Positions 30,145 through 40,414 of a DNA stretch of 64,000 bases are shown in pieces (positions within the stretch are counted from its first letter, which is position 1; every line of letters starts with the position of its first letter). Source of the stretch: Escherichia coli O157:H7 (GTDB lineage Bacteria; Pseudomonadota; Gammaproteobacteria; Enterobacterales; Enterobacteriaceae); the NCBI RefSeq assembly GCF_013167455.1, contig NZ_CP038328.1; one strand, 5' to 3'. The notes beneath the pieces are model-generated. The model was given only the letters and a program-made list of their open reading frames with translations, was not told where the DNA came from and made no database searches. Made by a program: the position numbers and the translations under genes.

Positions 30145-30343
30145 AATGGTCTTCCTTCCATTGGTATCTCGTGAGTATACAAGCAATATCGAATCGGCAA
30201 ATATACTCATTAGTATACTCACAAGCCTGTTGATGTGGGTTGGTTCAGGTTGACTTCAGTTGAGGAGAAAAGCTGGAAAAGCCTTGCGTGGCGCGGATTT
30301 CAGGCATAAAAAAAGACCTCAGTTGAGGTCTATTTACATACTT

Positions 30344-30369
30344 TTGGTGCCGAAGGCCGGACTCGAACC
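30344..30369. repeat. 26-bp direct repeat of the leuX 3-prime end (att-type repeat, island junction)
   Basis: TTGGTGCCGAAGGCCGGACTCGAACC is identical to 40414-40439, which lies inside the tRNA gene; flanks diverge on both sides. Confidence 0.8.
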
Positions 30370-30859
30370 TAAGTCTCCATAACCTGCTGTAATCACGTTC
30401 CTATTAGCCTTTAAAAGAACAATCGTAGGACCTTTTTGTTCTAGGGGCTACATCTTAAGTTTGATCCGCTGGACGGAATCAAACCGAGTGTTCGTGGCGG
30501 CACAAATCATTAACGTGCCATACCTGCCTTTTGATGTTTATGGAGGTCTAGTGGGTCGGGAGGAAAGAACATTTGTCAGCTATGTGGATGTTAAGTAAAC
30601 GCCACTGCGTTCGGATTTTGAAACCAGTTAAACCCCGTCAGACCTTGTTCAGAATAACTATTTAACTCAATGTTATTTATATGAATTAAGCCATTCAGCG
30701 TCAAAGTAAAACGCCACCGTAACGCCTACGTAACGCACCCGCATTTTGCTGTTTTATTCACTCTTATAGAAACAAAGAGCTGATGAAACGTGAGGCTATC
30801 AGCATCTAATGAACACTGTTCATCCATACAGCATGAAAATTCATAAACTTACACTTGAG

Positions 30860-31324
30860 CTACTTTCTCAGCTTGTCCCACCGAACCGCAGATACAATAC
30901 CCCAGTTGCCGCTAGGATTAGGCCTACGCCATTTTGCTGTCTCCATGCTACGAAGATACTCAAGAGCTTCAGAAAACGTGCCAAACCGCTTCTGAGCCGT
31001 TTTATCACCTACGCCAAACGAGCCATCGCGAGTGCTTGCCAGCCCGGGATGAAAACACGAGCCATCAGCTGCATAAGGAACCAGTAATTCCGGGTCACTA
31101 TCTTCAGATGAATCAGACACCAATAGTCGCCACGGCTCAACACTCAGAGCATTAGCCAGCACCTCAATCGCATCCAAAGACGCATTAGAGCCACCGCGTT
31201 CAATGCGGCTCATATAGCTACGAGCAAAACCACACCGATCGGCAAAGGCTTCTTGGCTCATTCCGGTGGCAATGCGCAACTCTTTTACTCGTTGTCCAAA
31301 CAGTTTTCTCAGGGTCATTTTCAT
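30860..31324 (-). CDS. XRE-family helix-turn-helix transcriptional regulator (154 aa)
   Basis: Track ORF; N-terminal HTH LRIATGMSQEAFADRCGFARSYMSRIERG. Confidence 0.7.
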   Translation of the reverse strand: MKMTLRKLFGQRVKELRIATGMSQEAFADRCGFARSYMSRIERGGSNASLDAIEVLANALSVEPWRLLVSDSSEDSDPELLVPYAADGSCFHPGLASTRDGSFGVGDKTAQKRFGTFSEALEYLRSMETAKWRRPNPSGNWGIVSAVRWDKLRK

Positions 31325-31440
31325 GACCTGAATTTGCGCAGATGTCCACTAAAGAGCCACGCTCCAATAGTGACATTTTGAATCAATGGTCTATGATGCG
31401 ATAACTGACACCGCTGGGGTGGATTCTGAGGGATAACAAC

Positions 31441-32214
31441 ATGTCAAAAACACGGCTTAGTAAGCCCGGTTTTTCAGCCAAGTCTGTGCTGACCATTATG
31501 TTAATCGCTGCGTCATCTGCATCTTATGCAGCAGAAAGCATCGATCAACTGGCGACGCGCATCGGTATGGATCACTTCCGGGAAGCGATCAAAAAGGGTG
31601 AACGCAGCGCCTTCAAAACGCTGCCGGCAAAAGGCTATAAAAACGGTCTTACCGGGCTGTTAATCAAAACTAACACTTACGTTAACCCCGAATACAGCTT
31701 TGCTGATTGCGATACGGACACCGTTATTATCTCGGTGCAAGAACACAAAACGCTTCCCGGTTGCCGTATATCTTTAAAGCTAGCGACAAAAGACGCAGAT
31801 GGCAGTTATCACGACAATGGAATTCGCGTTGAATACGGTATTGCCATCGGCTCCAAAAAGTTTATCGCTAACAATTCAGCGTGGGCGCAACATGCCATCA
31901 GCGGTGATAAAGTGTTGGAAGGCGCTCTCCACCCGGATAAAACGAATAACAATAAAGATCAAATGAATAACAATAAAGATCAAATGTGCATGGGTATGGC
32001 TCAATTTACCGCAAACGTAACCGAAGGCCGTAACAGTGGGATGACGAAAAGAGAATATTATCAGCGACTTGATAACATGAACGGTAAGGCCGACGTCACC
32101 CAGCAGATGATAACGCTCTATAAGACTTTTGTTGACTACGTATATGAACATCCAAAGCAAGACGCAAAGATTTCAGGGACGTATATTTATACTAACTGTA
32201 TGAACAACTTCTAG
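31441..32214 (+). CDS. Secreted or periplasmic protein of unknown function (257 aa) with internal NNNKDQM tandem duplication
   Basis: Track ORF; Sec-type signal peptide (hydrophobic core LTIMLIAASSASYA then AES); divergent from the XRE regulator. Confidence 0.6.
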   Translation: MSKTRLSKPGFSAKSVLTIMLIAASSASYAAESIDQLATRIGMDHFREAIKKGERSAFKTLPAKGYKNGLTGLLIKTNTYVNPEYSFADCDTDTVIISVQEHKTLPGCRISLKLATKDADGSYHDNGIRVEYGIAIGSKKFIANNSAWAQHAISGDKVLEGALHPDKTNNNKDQMNNNKDQMCMGMAQFTANVTEGRNSGMTKREYYQRLDNMNGKADVTQQMITLYKTFVDYVYEHPKQDAKISGTYIYTNCMNNF

Positions 32215-32365
32215 AAACGTAGGTGCCTGAACATGATAGAACTCAGCTGCCAGCATAGAGTGGAAAGCGGAGGCTTACCATCGTATATTCATCGCGTTAT
32301 CTTTCCGTAACTATAATCTGTCTCAGTTGATCTAGTGCCTTTCAGGGCTGAACTAAGGAATAAAG

Positions 32366-33682
32366 ATGAATGACGGTGTTATGCTAGATTCTGACGTTAT
32401 TGCTGGTCTTGAGTGGTTAGCATCAACTCAAGAGAACAAACAACACTTTTACCAGCGCTTAGCAAAAGCACAGCAATTTTACATAGCTACAACCCAAAAA
32501 GCTGCCAATTTCGGGAAACAGTTTGACCCAGAATGGTATGGTTCCGACGTGGTTGCTGGTTATTTCGCACAAGCAAAATCGCTTATCGATAATAGAAGGT
32601 CTTACGAAGTTACTAATGCTTCAAATATAATACCATGGGTTAAACAATTAGGAGTGTGTGCTAAATCGCTCGATAGAATTACTGGCGCTAGAGATCGCGC
32701 AATCAGAATGCTTAAGAATACAACAGTATTACCAGACACAGCCTTATTAGAGTTGGTTCTTGCTGGAAACTATGCATCAGAAGGTTATGAAGTTGAGTTC
32801 ATTCCAGAACAAAAAGGGATAGCAAAAACCCCGGAGTTTCGTTGCCGCCTTGGAGATGGCGATTATTTCTTTGTCGAATGCAAAAGGCTTCAGAAAGGTC
32901 CTTACGTAAAGCAGGAAATATTACAGCATCATATACGCTCACATCTTGCCGAACTTCATATCAAATCCAAAAAGATGAACGTATGGACTGATGTCACATA
33001 TTTATGTGAAGTTAAAGACGCGCCTGAAAACTATATCATTAGCCACTTAAAAAACTTTAAAGGTGTATTTTATGAATGGAATGATGATTATGGAAAAGGA
33101 ACGATTAGACCGGCCAACTTAAATCTTATCAGGGAAGATATCACTGAAAACGGCTCATTACTAGTCAACACTAAACTTGCTCGTCTTATCAAAGGCTCCC
33201 CTCTGGAAGATGAAAATTACCAAGTTGTTGCTATGGGACGACCAGATGAGCGCGACTCACGTTTCATAACCAAAGTTAAACTTGCTTCTTTGATAACATG
33301 GCGTTGTATCAATGAAAAATCTTTCGATGCACGTTCGCGACATGTAACAAAAACATTAGCAGAGATAGATAACCAGCTTTTGGATTATGGTCTAGGCGTA
33401 GGGCATATAGCTTTGGATGTAGATATTCAAAAGGATGTTGCCGATAAACGAAGGGAAAAAAACTATGCTGCCATAGTAAATTTTGAGCAAAAATCTAAAA
33501 TAGTCCGCCTGAATGTTCATTATCTCGTGCCACGCATAGATGAGAACTCTGCGTGGATGGTAGATGAAACTGCGGATGACTTTTTTACCCATGATCTGGT
33601 CAAATATGTTATCCCATTGACTAAAATATTCCCCGAGGCTGAGGTATTTGAGAATGACCAACCTGGCTGGCATCAAAATTAA
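32366..33682 (+). CDS. Hypothetical protein (438 aa), AT-rich; possible PD-(D/E)xK-type nuclease motif
   Basis: Track ORF with AAGGA ribosome-binding site; segment GDGDYFFVECKRL fits a D...ExK pattern. The assignment is weak. Confidence 0.5.
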   Translation: MNDGVMLDSDVIAGLEWLASTQENKQHFYQRLAKAQQFYIATTQKAANFGKQFDPEWYGSDVVAGYFAQAKSLIDNRRSYEVTNASNIIPWVKQLGVCAKSLDRITGARDRAIRMLKNTTVLPDTALLELVLAGNYASEGYEVEFIPEQKGIAKTPEFRCRLGDGDYFFVECKRLQKGPYVKQEILQHHIRSHLAELHIKSKKMNVWTDVTYLCEVKDAPENYIISHLKNFKGVFYEWNDDYGKGTIRPANLNLIREDITENGSLLVNTKLARLIKGSPLEDENYQVVAMGRPDERDSRFITKVKLASLITWRCINEKSFDARSRHVTKTLAEIDNQLLDYGLGVGHIALDVDIQKDVADKRREKNYAAIVNFEQKSKIVRLNVHYLVPRIDENSAWMVDETADDFFTHDLVKYVIPLTKIFPEAEVFENDQPGWHQN

Positions 33683-33880
33683 TTTATTTTTGATAGTATG
33701 AACGAGGGTAGCATTTCTATACAAATCAGTGTTCGGCTGATAGCGAGTTAAACAGTTTACTGAAATGTTCTCAGCAATTAGCTGTTGCCAGGACCTCAAA
33801 AATCCGATTCTGGCGGAAAGTGTGCTGTTTTACCAAGTATTGCTCGTATCTGCAAAGTGTTAGAGCATGTTTTAAGTATA

Positions 33881-34450
33881 TCAGTAACCCTTATTCAGTA
33901 ATGCAGCAAGCGTCGCTCTTGAAACACCGTATTCACGCGCCAATGCGCTAACACTAACCCCAGCGGCCCTTTTGTCTAAAATCGCTCCACGAGCTTCCGG
34001 TGCGATTTTAGCAGGCCTGCCCAATTTCCTGCCTTCAGCTTTTGCCCGTAACAGCCCCGCATTAGTCCGTTCAATCAGCAGGTCACGCTCCATCTCCGCA
34101 ACCGCTGCTAGCATCGACAACAGGAGCTTACCGGCAGCAGAGGTGAGATCAGTGGTGCCAAGCTGATGGACAATAACCTTGATGTTTCGGTCAGCCAACG
34201 TCCTGACAGTTTGCAGAACGTCAATTGCATCACGCCCGAGGCGGTCCAGCTTTGCAACTACCAACGTTTCCCCATCGCGGATTTTGCTGAGCATTTCAAA
34301 AAACGCTTTGCGTTGCACCGCAGGAACCTTTCCGCTGACTACATCAGAAAACCAAAAGTCGAACGTCCACCCAGCTTGTTCAAGTTCCATGCGCTGGTTC
34401 TCAGTATCCTGCTGGGATGTCGAAACACGCCCGTAGCCAAAAATAGCCAT
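33881..34450 (-). CDS. Serine recombinase (resolvase/invertase family, ~189 aa)
   Basis: Track ORF trimmed to MAIFGYGRVSTSQQ; catalytic Ser in the GYGRVS motif, VAKLDRLGRD, C-terminal HTH. Confidence 0.8.
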   Translation of the reverse strand: MAIFGYGRVSTSQQDTENQRMELEQAGWTFDFWFSDVVSGKVPAVQRKAFFEMLSKIRDGETLVVAKLDRLGRDAIDVLQTVRTLADRNIKVIVHQLGTTDLTSAAGKLLLSMLAAVAEMERDLLIERTNAGLLRAKAEGRKLGRPAKIAPEARGAILDKRAAGVSVSALAREYGVSRATLAALLNKGY

Positions 34451-34642
34451 AGTCATCTCCTCATCCGGCCCCTGCCAGAAAACGGTGATGAAAATAGGAT
34501 GGCCTGCCGGAAAAGCCAAGGCTAATTTTCCAACAGTGTGAAAGCGTGCGGTTGGAGGATGCCGGAAAACGGTCGTTTGTTGGCGCTTAAAACGGGTGAA
34601 GACATGTTAGGCTGAAACCATCACTTCATAAGGACAACCGAA

Positions 34643-35110
34643 ATGATTAAAGACGCGATTTTTTCACCGTGCGGTAAGTATCGCTACTCGTTATCACGAG
34701 TCTGGGACGAATCAAAACCGTATACCCTTTTCATAGGGCTAAACCCTTCATACGCCGATGCCGAGAAGGATGATCGCACCTTGAGCCGCTGCATATCGTT
34801 TGCCAAAAGCTGGGGCTACGGTGGCGTATACATGGCCAACCTGTTCGCATTCGTTCACACCCAGCGACATGAAATGATGAAAGCGTCTGATCCCATTGGC
34901 AAAGATAACGATAGCCACTTGATACGTCTTGTTAGCGGTGCCGGACTGGTTGTCGCCGCATGGGGAAATGAAGGAAGACACCTCAAACGCTCAACGACCG
35001 TCCGACAGCTATTGCCAGAGAGCACAATGTGCTTCGTCTTAAACGCTACAGGTGAGCCGAAGCACCCTTTGTATATGAAAAACGACAGTGTTCTCATACC
35101 TTTAGGTTAA
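34643..35110 (+). CDS. DUF1643-family protein (155 aa)
   Basis: Track ORF; FSPCGKYRYSLSRVWD and LNPSYADAEKDD blocks recalled as DUF1643 hallmarks; divergent from the serine recombinase. Confidence 0.6.
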   Translation: MIKDAIFSPCGKYRYSLSRVWDESKPYTLFIGLNPSYADAEKDDRTLSRCISFAKSWGYGGVYMANLFAFVHTQRHEMMKASDPIGKDNDSHLIRLVSGAGLVVAAWGNEGRHLKRSTTVRQLLPESTMCFVLNATGEPKHPLYMKNDSVLIPLG

Positions 35111-36113
35111 CATCGATAACTGCGTTCAGAATATGAACGCAGCCATATGATATATATGACTTTTCTTTAAAATGATGGTGTGCTAGCTTCTCTCCTGACA
35201 CCTACCTCATGCGGTAAACCGGTCCGGGTAGGTGGAGATCACCGCTGTTTAGCGGAAGACGTCAGGATGGGAACTCTGCGTAACGTTGATTGTGGTAGGT
35301 AGGGCGCGCAAGCGTTTGATGCAGCCAAGCAGAGGGTGAAAGTAGCTATCGGCGGATTCTTAAGTAGCTTCTTTTGCGCATAATGCATCTTTCAAGAAAG
35401 GTCGTCACACCACGAGGAAGACTTGATCTTCATCTGGCAAGGGGAACCGAGCAAACCTACAGGCTATCTTCTCAGATGGCCTTAGGGTTGATATGTCCGG
35501 CTTCCCCCCCGAGGAAGGGTTTACATCTTAAAGAACAAGTTATGTTTTAACATTTTTAACAATTACACTTCTCTGCTGTTTGGTGTCTTATGGCGTTCCC
35601 GTCAAAAGTAAAGCTGCCGTTTTTACCTCACATGCGTAACAACCAAACACGAACCAGAAGCTGCTAACGTTCAACGTGTTCGCGGTGTAAATGCAGCCGG
35701 ATAAGTTGGGAGCGAAAAAGTGGATGTCCTAGGTTTGGAAGCGCCCCTCTTAAGCATTGCATCCGATAATTTCCGTGGCGGTGAGACAGTCCTTATAGAG
35801 GCAATCAGCCTCCAAAGTTAAGCGACGCGGTAAAACTAAAGCTCGCCCAGATTTCTCATTGATTGCTCGAACTCCGCTACGCTTGTTTCAACTGGCTTCA
35901 CCAGTCACTCTATGAGAGCGCCGCGAATTCTGCACCATGATTTCGACTACCTTCTTTAAAACACTCGCCAGAGAGCCTTACAGCGCGTTTGAACCGCATA
36001 TCGCAGCTTCTGCTTACGGATGACTGTCTGATTAGCAGTAGCTTCATGGCCCAGTCCGGTTTACTTTATTGCTATCAACTAGGAGCCGCCCAAGGGCAAC
36101 ACGGAGATAACGC

Positions 36114-36446
36114 TTGAGAACCGTCGAAATACTGCAATACACCTTACGCAAAGGCAGCGGTGCCGCTTTTCACGCCATAATGCAGGAAATCAGTGTTCCC
36201 CTACACCAAAGCCACGGGATCGATGTTGTTTCGTTTGGCAACTCGCTTGATGACCTGGATTGCTACTACTTGATTCGCGCCTTTGACAGCGCTAAAAGCA
36301 TGACTGCGGTTCTCGATGCTTTTTACGCAAGCGCAGACTGGCGCAGCGGCCCACGCGAAGACATCATTGGCAGCATAGAGAACTGCATTAAAACAGTGAT
36401 TAGCCTACCATCAGAAAGCGTGAAAGGGCTGCGGATGCAATCGTAA
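36114..36446 (+). CDS. Small protein (110 aa), NIPSNAP-like / dimeric alpha-beta-barrel candidate
   Basis: Track ORF with TTG start and GGAG ribosome-binding site; pattern VEILQYTLRKGSGAAF...YYLIRAFDS resembles NIPSNAP-type proteins. Confidence 0.4.
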   Translation: MRTVEILQYTLRKGSGAAFHAIMQEISVPLHQSHGIDVVSFGNSLDDLDCYYLIRAFDSAKSMTAVLDAFYASADWRSGPREDIIGSIENCIKTVISLPSESVKGLRMQS

Positions 36447-36567
36447 GTAATCAAGTGTATTAGCTTAGATTTGACCTAAACAGCTTTGTGCCAAAAGTGG
36501 ACTAGGAAAAGCCTAGCGATAAAGAGTTGAGTTTAATAACTACTAACTGAAATTTAATGGGTGATAT

Positions 36568-36945
36568 ATGAATTTAGATGAAGAATTTTACGAATTACAA
36601 AAACTCTTTGCTCAGAAGGATCTACTGACTGAGAAAAGACGCTCTAGTGGCGGCGGATTCATGGAAATTCTCTTGGTGAAGAGACAGAACATGAAGATAA
36701 AAATATATCAAGAAAAAGGACATCAACTTCCCCATATTCATATTGACTATGGAAAACAAGCGCATGCTGCCAGTTATGCCATACAATCAGGAGACCGCAT
36801 AGAGGGAGATTTACCTAAGAAATATGATAGTGATGTTTCGAGTTGGTTGGGGAGAAATCGTGATAAAATTTTAGAAATCTGGAATGCACTACAAGCTGGC
36901 GCACCTTATGAACCACTAATCGCAGAATTGACTGGCGGAGTGTGA
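36568..36945 (+). CDS. DUF4160-like small protein (125 aa)
   Basis: Track ORF; PHIHIDYGKQ motif typical of the DUF4160 family as I recall it. Confidence 0.5.
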   Translation: MNLDEEFYELQKLFAQKDLLTEKRRSSGGGFMEILLVKRQNMKIKIYQEKGHQLPHIHIDYGKQAHAASYAIQSGDRIEGDLPKKYDSDVSSWLGRNRDKILEIWNALQAGAPYEPLIAELTGGV

Positions 36946-37127
36946 CTAACTAAATAATTTTCCCCTAAAAAAATTCGATGTAGGAAAATATATATAAGTA
37001 AGAATCATGAGTGTCCGCTCCTCGCTCAAGGCGGACTGTTAGACTTGATTGTATGCTGTCAGAGAAAACCGTCAGATCAATTCTGTGAACCGCCCCGGGT
37101 TTCCTGGAGAGTGTTTTATCTGTGAAC

Positions 37128-38018
37128 TCAGGCTGCCAGATCATCGTTTCCGATGGAAGCATAATAAGCTTTTTCTGCTTCTGCCGGAGGAGTATGGCCC
37201 AGCCTTCCCAGCAATCGTCGATTGTTATACCAGTCCACCCACGTTAGTGTGGCCAGTTCCACTTCTGCACGGTTTTTCCAGCTCTTACGGTGTATTACCT
37301 CCGCTTTGTAAAGACCATTGATGCTCTCAGCCATCGCGTTGTCATACGAGTCGCCTGTACTCCCTGTTGATGCCAGTAATCCGGCTTCTTTTAGTCGCTC
37401 CGTATAGGCCAGTGACACATACTGAGAGCCTTTATCGCTGTGATGGATGGTGCCAGACGGACGACGGGCCCACAACGCCTGCTCCAGCGCATCCAGCACG
37501 AATGTCGTTTCCATAGACGATGAGACCCGCCACCCCACGATGTATCCGGCAAACACATCAATGATAAACGCCACATAGACGAAGCCCTGCCATGTGCTGA
37601 CGTAAGTAAAATCAGCCACCCACAGCTGGTCAGGTCGTTCTGCCACGAACTGACGGTTTACGCGGTCGCCTGCGGCAACGGCTTTCCGGCTGATGGTCGT
37701 ACGGACCTTTTTACCCCGGAGAACACCGGCAAGTCCCATAACCGCCATGAGACGTGCCACTGTACATCTGGCCACCCTGATTCCTTCCCGTAACAACTGA
37801 CGCCAGACTTTACGCACACCGTACACCTGATGATTTTCATCGTATACGCGCTGTATCTCTCTCTTCAGCCAGTCGTCGTGCTGCGCACGGGCACTGCGTT
37901 TATCCGGATGATGTCGCTGTTGCTGACAATGGTAATACGTTGACGGGGCAATATGCAGTTCGCTGCATACCGGTCCGACCCCGTACTGCTCACGCAGCTT
38001 ATCCAGCAGTGGCATCAT
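37128..38018 (-). CDS. IS629-like transposase OrfB (DDE catalytic domain)
   Basis: Track ORF; DDE region ...WVADFTYV...[11 protein letters not shown]...[16 protein letters not shown]. Confidence 0.85.
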   Translation of the reverse strand: MMPLLDKLREQYGVGPVCSELHIAPSTYYHCQQQRHHPDKRSARAQHDDWLKREIQRVYDENHQVYGVRKVWRQLLREGIRVARCTVARLMAVMGLAGVLRGKKVRTTISRKAVAAGDRVNRQFVAERPDQLWVADFTYVSTWQGFVYVAFIIDVFAGYIVGWRVSSSMETTFVLDALEQALWARRPSGTIHHSDKGSQYVSLAYTERLKEAGLLASTGSTGDSYDNAMAESINGLYKAEVIHRKSWKNRAEVELATLTWVDWYNNRRLLGRLGHTPPAEAEKAYYASIGNDDLAA

Positions 38019-38341
38019 TTTTTCCAGAGGCGGTCGAACTCCGCCTTCGCAAAATAAGCGGAAGCCTGGCGAAGGATATCGTTACTGCGGCGCAGTTCAC
38101 GATTTTCACGTTCCAGCTCTTTCAGACGCTGACGTTCAGCGCTGGTGAGCCCACCATCACCGCCCCCGGTATCCCGCTCATGCTGGCGAACCCAGACACG
38201 CAGAGTCTCCGGCGTACAGCCAATCTTTGGGGCAATGGAACAAATTGCCGCCCACTGTGAGTCATATTCATCCTGACTTTCCAGAACCATACGAATCGCC
38301 CGCTGACGGACTTCGGGGGAAAAACGAGTATTTTTAGTCAT
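38015..38341 (-). CDS. IS629-like transposase OrfA (108 aa)
   Basis: Track [25 protein letters not shown]...; HTH plus leucine zipper, matching IS629 OrfA from memory. Confidence 0.85.
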   Translation of the reverse strand: MTKNTRFSPEVRQRAIRMVLESQDEYDSQWAAICSIAPKIGCTPETLRVWVRQHERDTGGGDGGLTSAERQRLKELERENRELRRSNDILRQASAYFAKAEFDRLWKK

Positions 38342-38392
38342 CCTGTTTACCTCTTTCTCAGGGAGTTTAGTCTCCAGGATTTCCGGGGCGGT

Positions 38393-40366
38393 TCACTTTC
38401 TTCGCAGCGCATCTCTTACAGCATCCAGCCCATCAGGAATGTTGAATCTCGCTATCTCGGGCAAAGAAAAATCAATCTTTTCGACAACCTCAACCATGTG
38501 AACCGGTTTTAAATCTTTGCTGTATCGCACTTCAGTTTCTGTTTTGCCTCGCACATGCCCAAGTAGCTGCCCACGCAGTTCCGAACTAACACCCTTCTCT
38601 TTAAGCAAAGTTGAAACAGAATGCCGGAAAGAGTGGAAAGATTTGCTTCTGTCTCTTTCAAGTTTTAATCGACCCGCAAGCAATGATTCATTGAACCATG
38701 CGGAAACCGGCCTACCATAGCCTTTGGTTTTATGTGGTTTAAGCTCGGGAAAAAGACGGTCATACCCGGCAGCTTTCAACGCATCCACATACTCGATAAA
38801 ACCGAGTTCAATCAGCGTAGAATGAACCGGAATCTTGCGGCGGGAATTGGCGTTTTTTAGTTTCTTTCCGTTTTCGCTATCGCTTTCAAGGTTCAGGTAA
38901 TAAACGCCGTCATCTGCCAGAACATCGTCCAGCATTAACTGTGCAATCTCGTTAACCCTTGCCCCCGTCATCAAGCCCAACAACGGCGCCCAATAGTGAA
39001 ACGGGCAATATTGATGGAATCGCCCTTGCGCATTACGTTCAACAGTTCCAGCGACAAACCACGGTTGCGAAAAAATTGCCTTAATTTCATGCGGTTCAAA
39101 TATGTCAGTGTGATCCTGCTCTCGCTCACCTTTGTCATCGGGAGGGAAAAAGTTGTCGCATGGCGATTTCAGAAACTTACCATCATCAACAGCCCACTCC
39201 ATTGCACCATAAAGGCCGTTGATATACTTTTTGACAGACTCTTCTGTCATCAGTTTATCGCCACATTCTGCCGCTTTGGCGATTAACTCATCCAGCGTCT
39301 TAACCCCGTGCTTACCTTTCATCAAATTACGGTTAGCAGGAATTGTGCGCAACTTGCTCTCATAAGCCCGGAGGAAATCACGGTCGAAATCTTCCAACTG
39401 AATATCCCCCATCACTTCAATCATCAAATCGAAGTAATAGCGAATATCGCGGAGCGCCGCTTCTGATACCTTGCCCTTACGTCGATGTTTCAAATACTCT
39501 TCACGAAGCCATGACAAGTTTTCATTGTAATGTTTGCGGTGAACATATTCATTAGCGATAACAGGAGCGACAAGAGGCACGGCAGGGTGAATGCTAACTG
39601 CTGGTGGCGTGGTCTTAACCAGCCATGTAAGTCGAAGGCCTTCAGCATGAACTTTGCTAATCAACAGGCTATCAGCAGTTATATCTACGCCGGGTAAATC
39701 GAAGAACCAACCTCCACTTTGGTTATCACCACTAGTTCGAAATGCAGCCTCTCCTTCGGATACTCCAGCGCTCAACAGACAATCTAAAGTATGCCGGGGA
39801 TTGAAGGGGCGGAGATAACCATTTGCGAAGCTCTCGATACCCAGCTCAAACGCGCTATTGAGAATGATGACTTCTTTAGGTTGATCCTTTTCATCATCAG
39901 ACTGTTTTTCTCGTTTTGCACCCGGTTCCCGCTCTACTGCATTAAATTCATCAACATAGAAACCGAACTGACCAGTCGCCAGCCAGAATACCGGGAGGTT
40001 ACGATTAACCACCTCTCGAATCAATTGCGATATAGGCAACTCGATTGATTGAGCAAAGTTAGAAAGCGAGATCATACCCTCACCAGCAAGCAGTGGGGCG
40101 CAGTCACTTAAAGTTCGATAATCCAATTGTTCATACTCTTGTAAGGTCTGATACCAGACCGCCAACAGGAGCGCGGACTTCTGCTTTGCTTCATGAAGAT
40201 CGTGAGTGCCTGTTGAAGTGTGAATCTCACACTGTCCTGCGTATCGACGAAAACGTTGGGGAACGCTAATGCGGACAACATAAATGCCGCTGGTTCGACG
40301 ATAGAGTTTATATCGCTGAGACATCGCCTCGTATACCCTTTTGTAAGAGGGGCTACGCGATTTCAA
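38393..40366 (-). CDS. Tyrosine recombinase / integrase with long N-terminal extension (657 aa), next to leuX
   Basis: Track ORF; catalytic signature TGARVNEI...HSFRHSVSTLL...LLGH...VRYSKDL. The stop codon is supplied by the IS629 terminus. Confidence 0.75.
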   Translation of the reverse strand: MKSRSPSYKRVYEAMSQRYKLYRRTSGIYVVRISVPQRFRRYAGQCEIHTSTGTHDLHEAKQKSALLLAVWYQTLQEYEQLDYRTLSDCAPLLAGEGMISLSNFAQSIELPISQLIREVVNRNLPVFWLATGQFGFYVDEFNAVEREPGAKREKQSDDEKDQPKEVIILNSAFELGIESFANGYLRPFNPRHTLDCLLSAGVSEGEAAFRTSGDNQSGGWFFDLPGVDITADSLLISKVHAEGLRLTWLVKTTPPAVSIHPAVPLVAPVIANEYVHRKHYNENLSWLREEYLKHRRKGKVSEAALRDIRYYFDLMIEVMGDIQLEDFDRDFLRAYESKLRTIPANRNLMKGKHGVKTLDELIAKAAECGDKLMTEESVKKYINGLYGAMEWAVDDGKFLKSPCDNFFPPDDKGEREQDHTDIFEPHEIKAIFSQPWFVAGTVERNAQGRFHQYCPFHYWAPLLGLMTGARVNEIAQLMLDDVLADDGVYYLNLESDSENGKKLKNANSRRKIPVHSTLIELGFIEYVDALKAAGYDRLFPELKPHKTKGYGRPVSAWFNESLLAGRLKLERDRSKSFHSFRHSVSTLLKEKGVSSELRGQLLGHVRGKTETEVRYSKDLKPVHMVEVVEKIDFSLPEIARFNIPDGLDAVRDALRRK

Positions 40367-40414
40367 GCAAGATTATGAATTAAATTGTTTTAAAACAATA
40401 GTTTAGATGAGTCT

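Larger units (their letters stand above)
37086..38395 (-). mobile_element. IS3-family insertion sequence, IS629/IS1203-like, 1310 bp, apparently intact
   Basis: Terminal inverted repeats TGAACCGCCCCGGG at 37086 and its reverse complement ending at 38395; orfA and orfB overlap in a frameshift arrangement. Confidence 0.85.

Noticed and set aside
30344-30430. Second tRNA gene
   Set aside because: Only the 26 bp matching the leuX 3-prime end are tRNA-like; the rest does not fold into a cloverleaf, so it is an att-repeat remnant.
35111-36113. Retron or group II intron
   Set aside because: No reverse transcriptase ORF or recognisable intron domain V motif in or next to the region; kept only as a generic ncRNA candidate.
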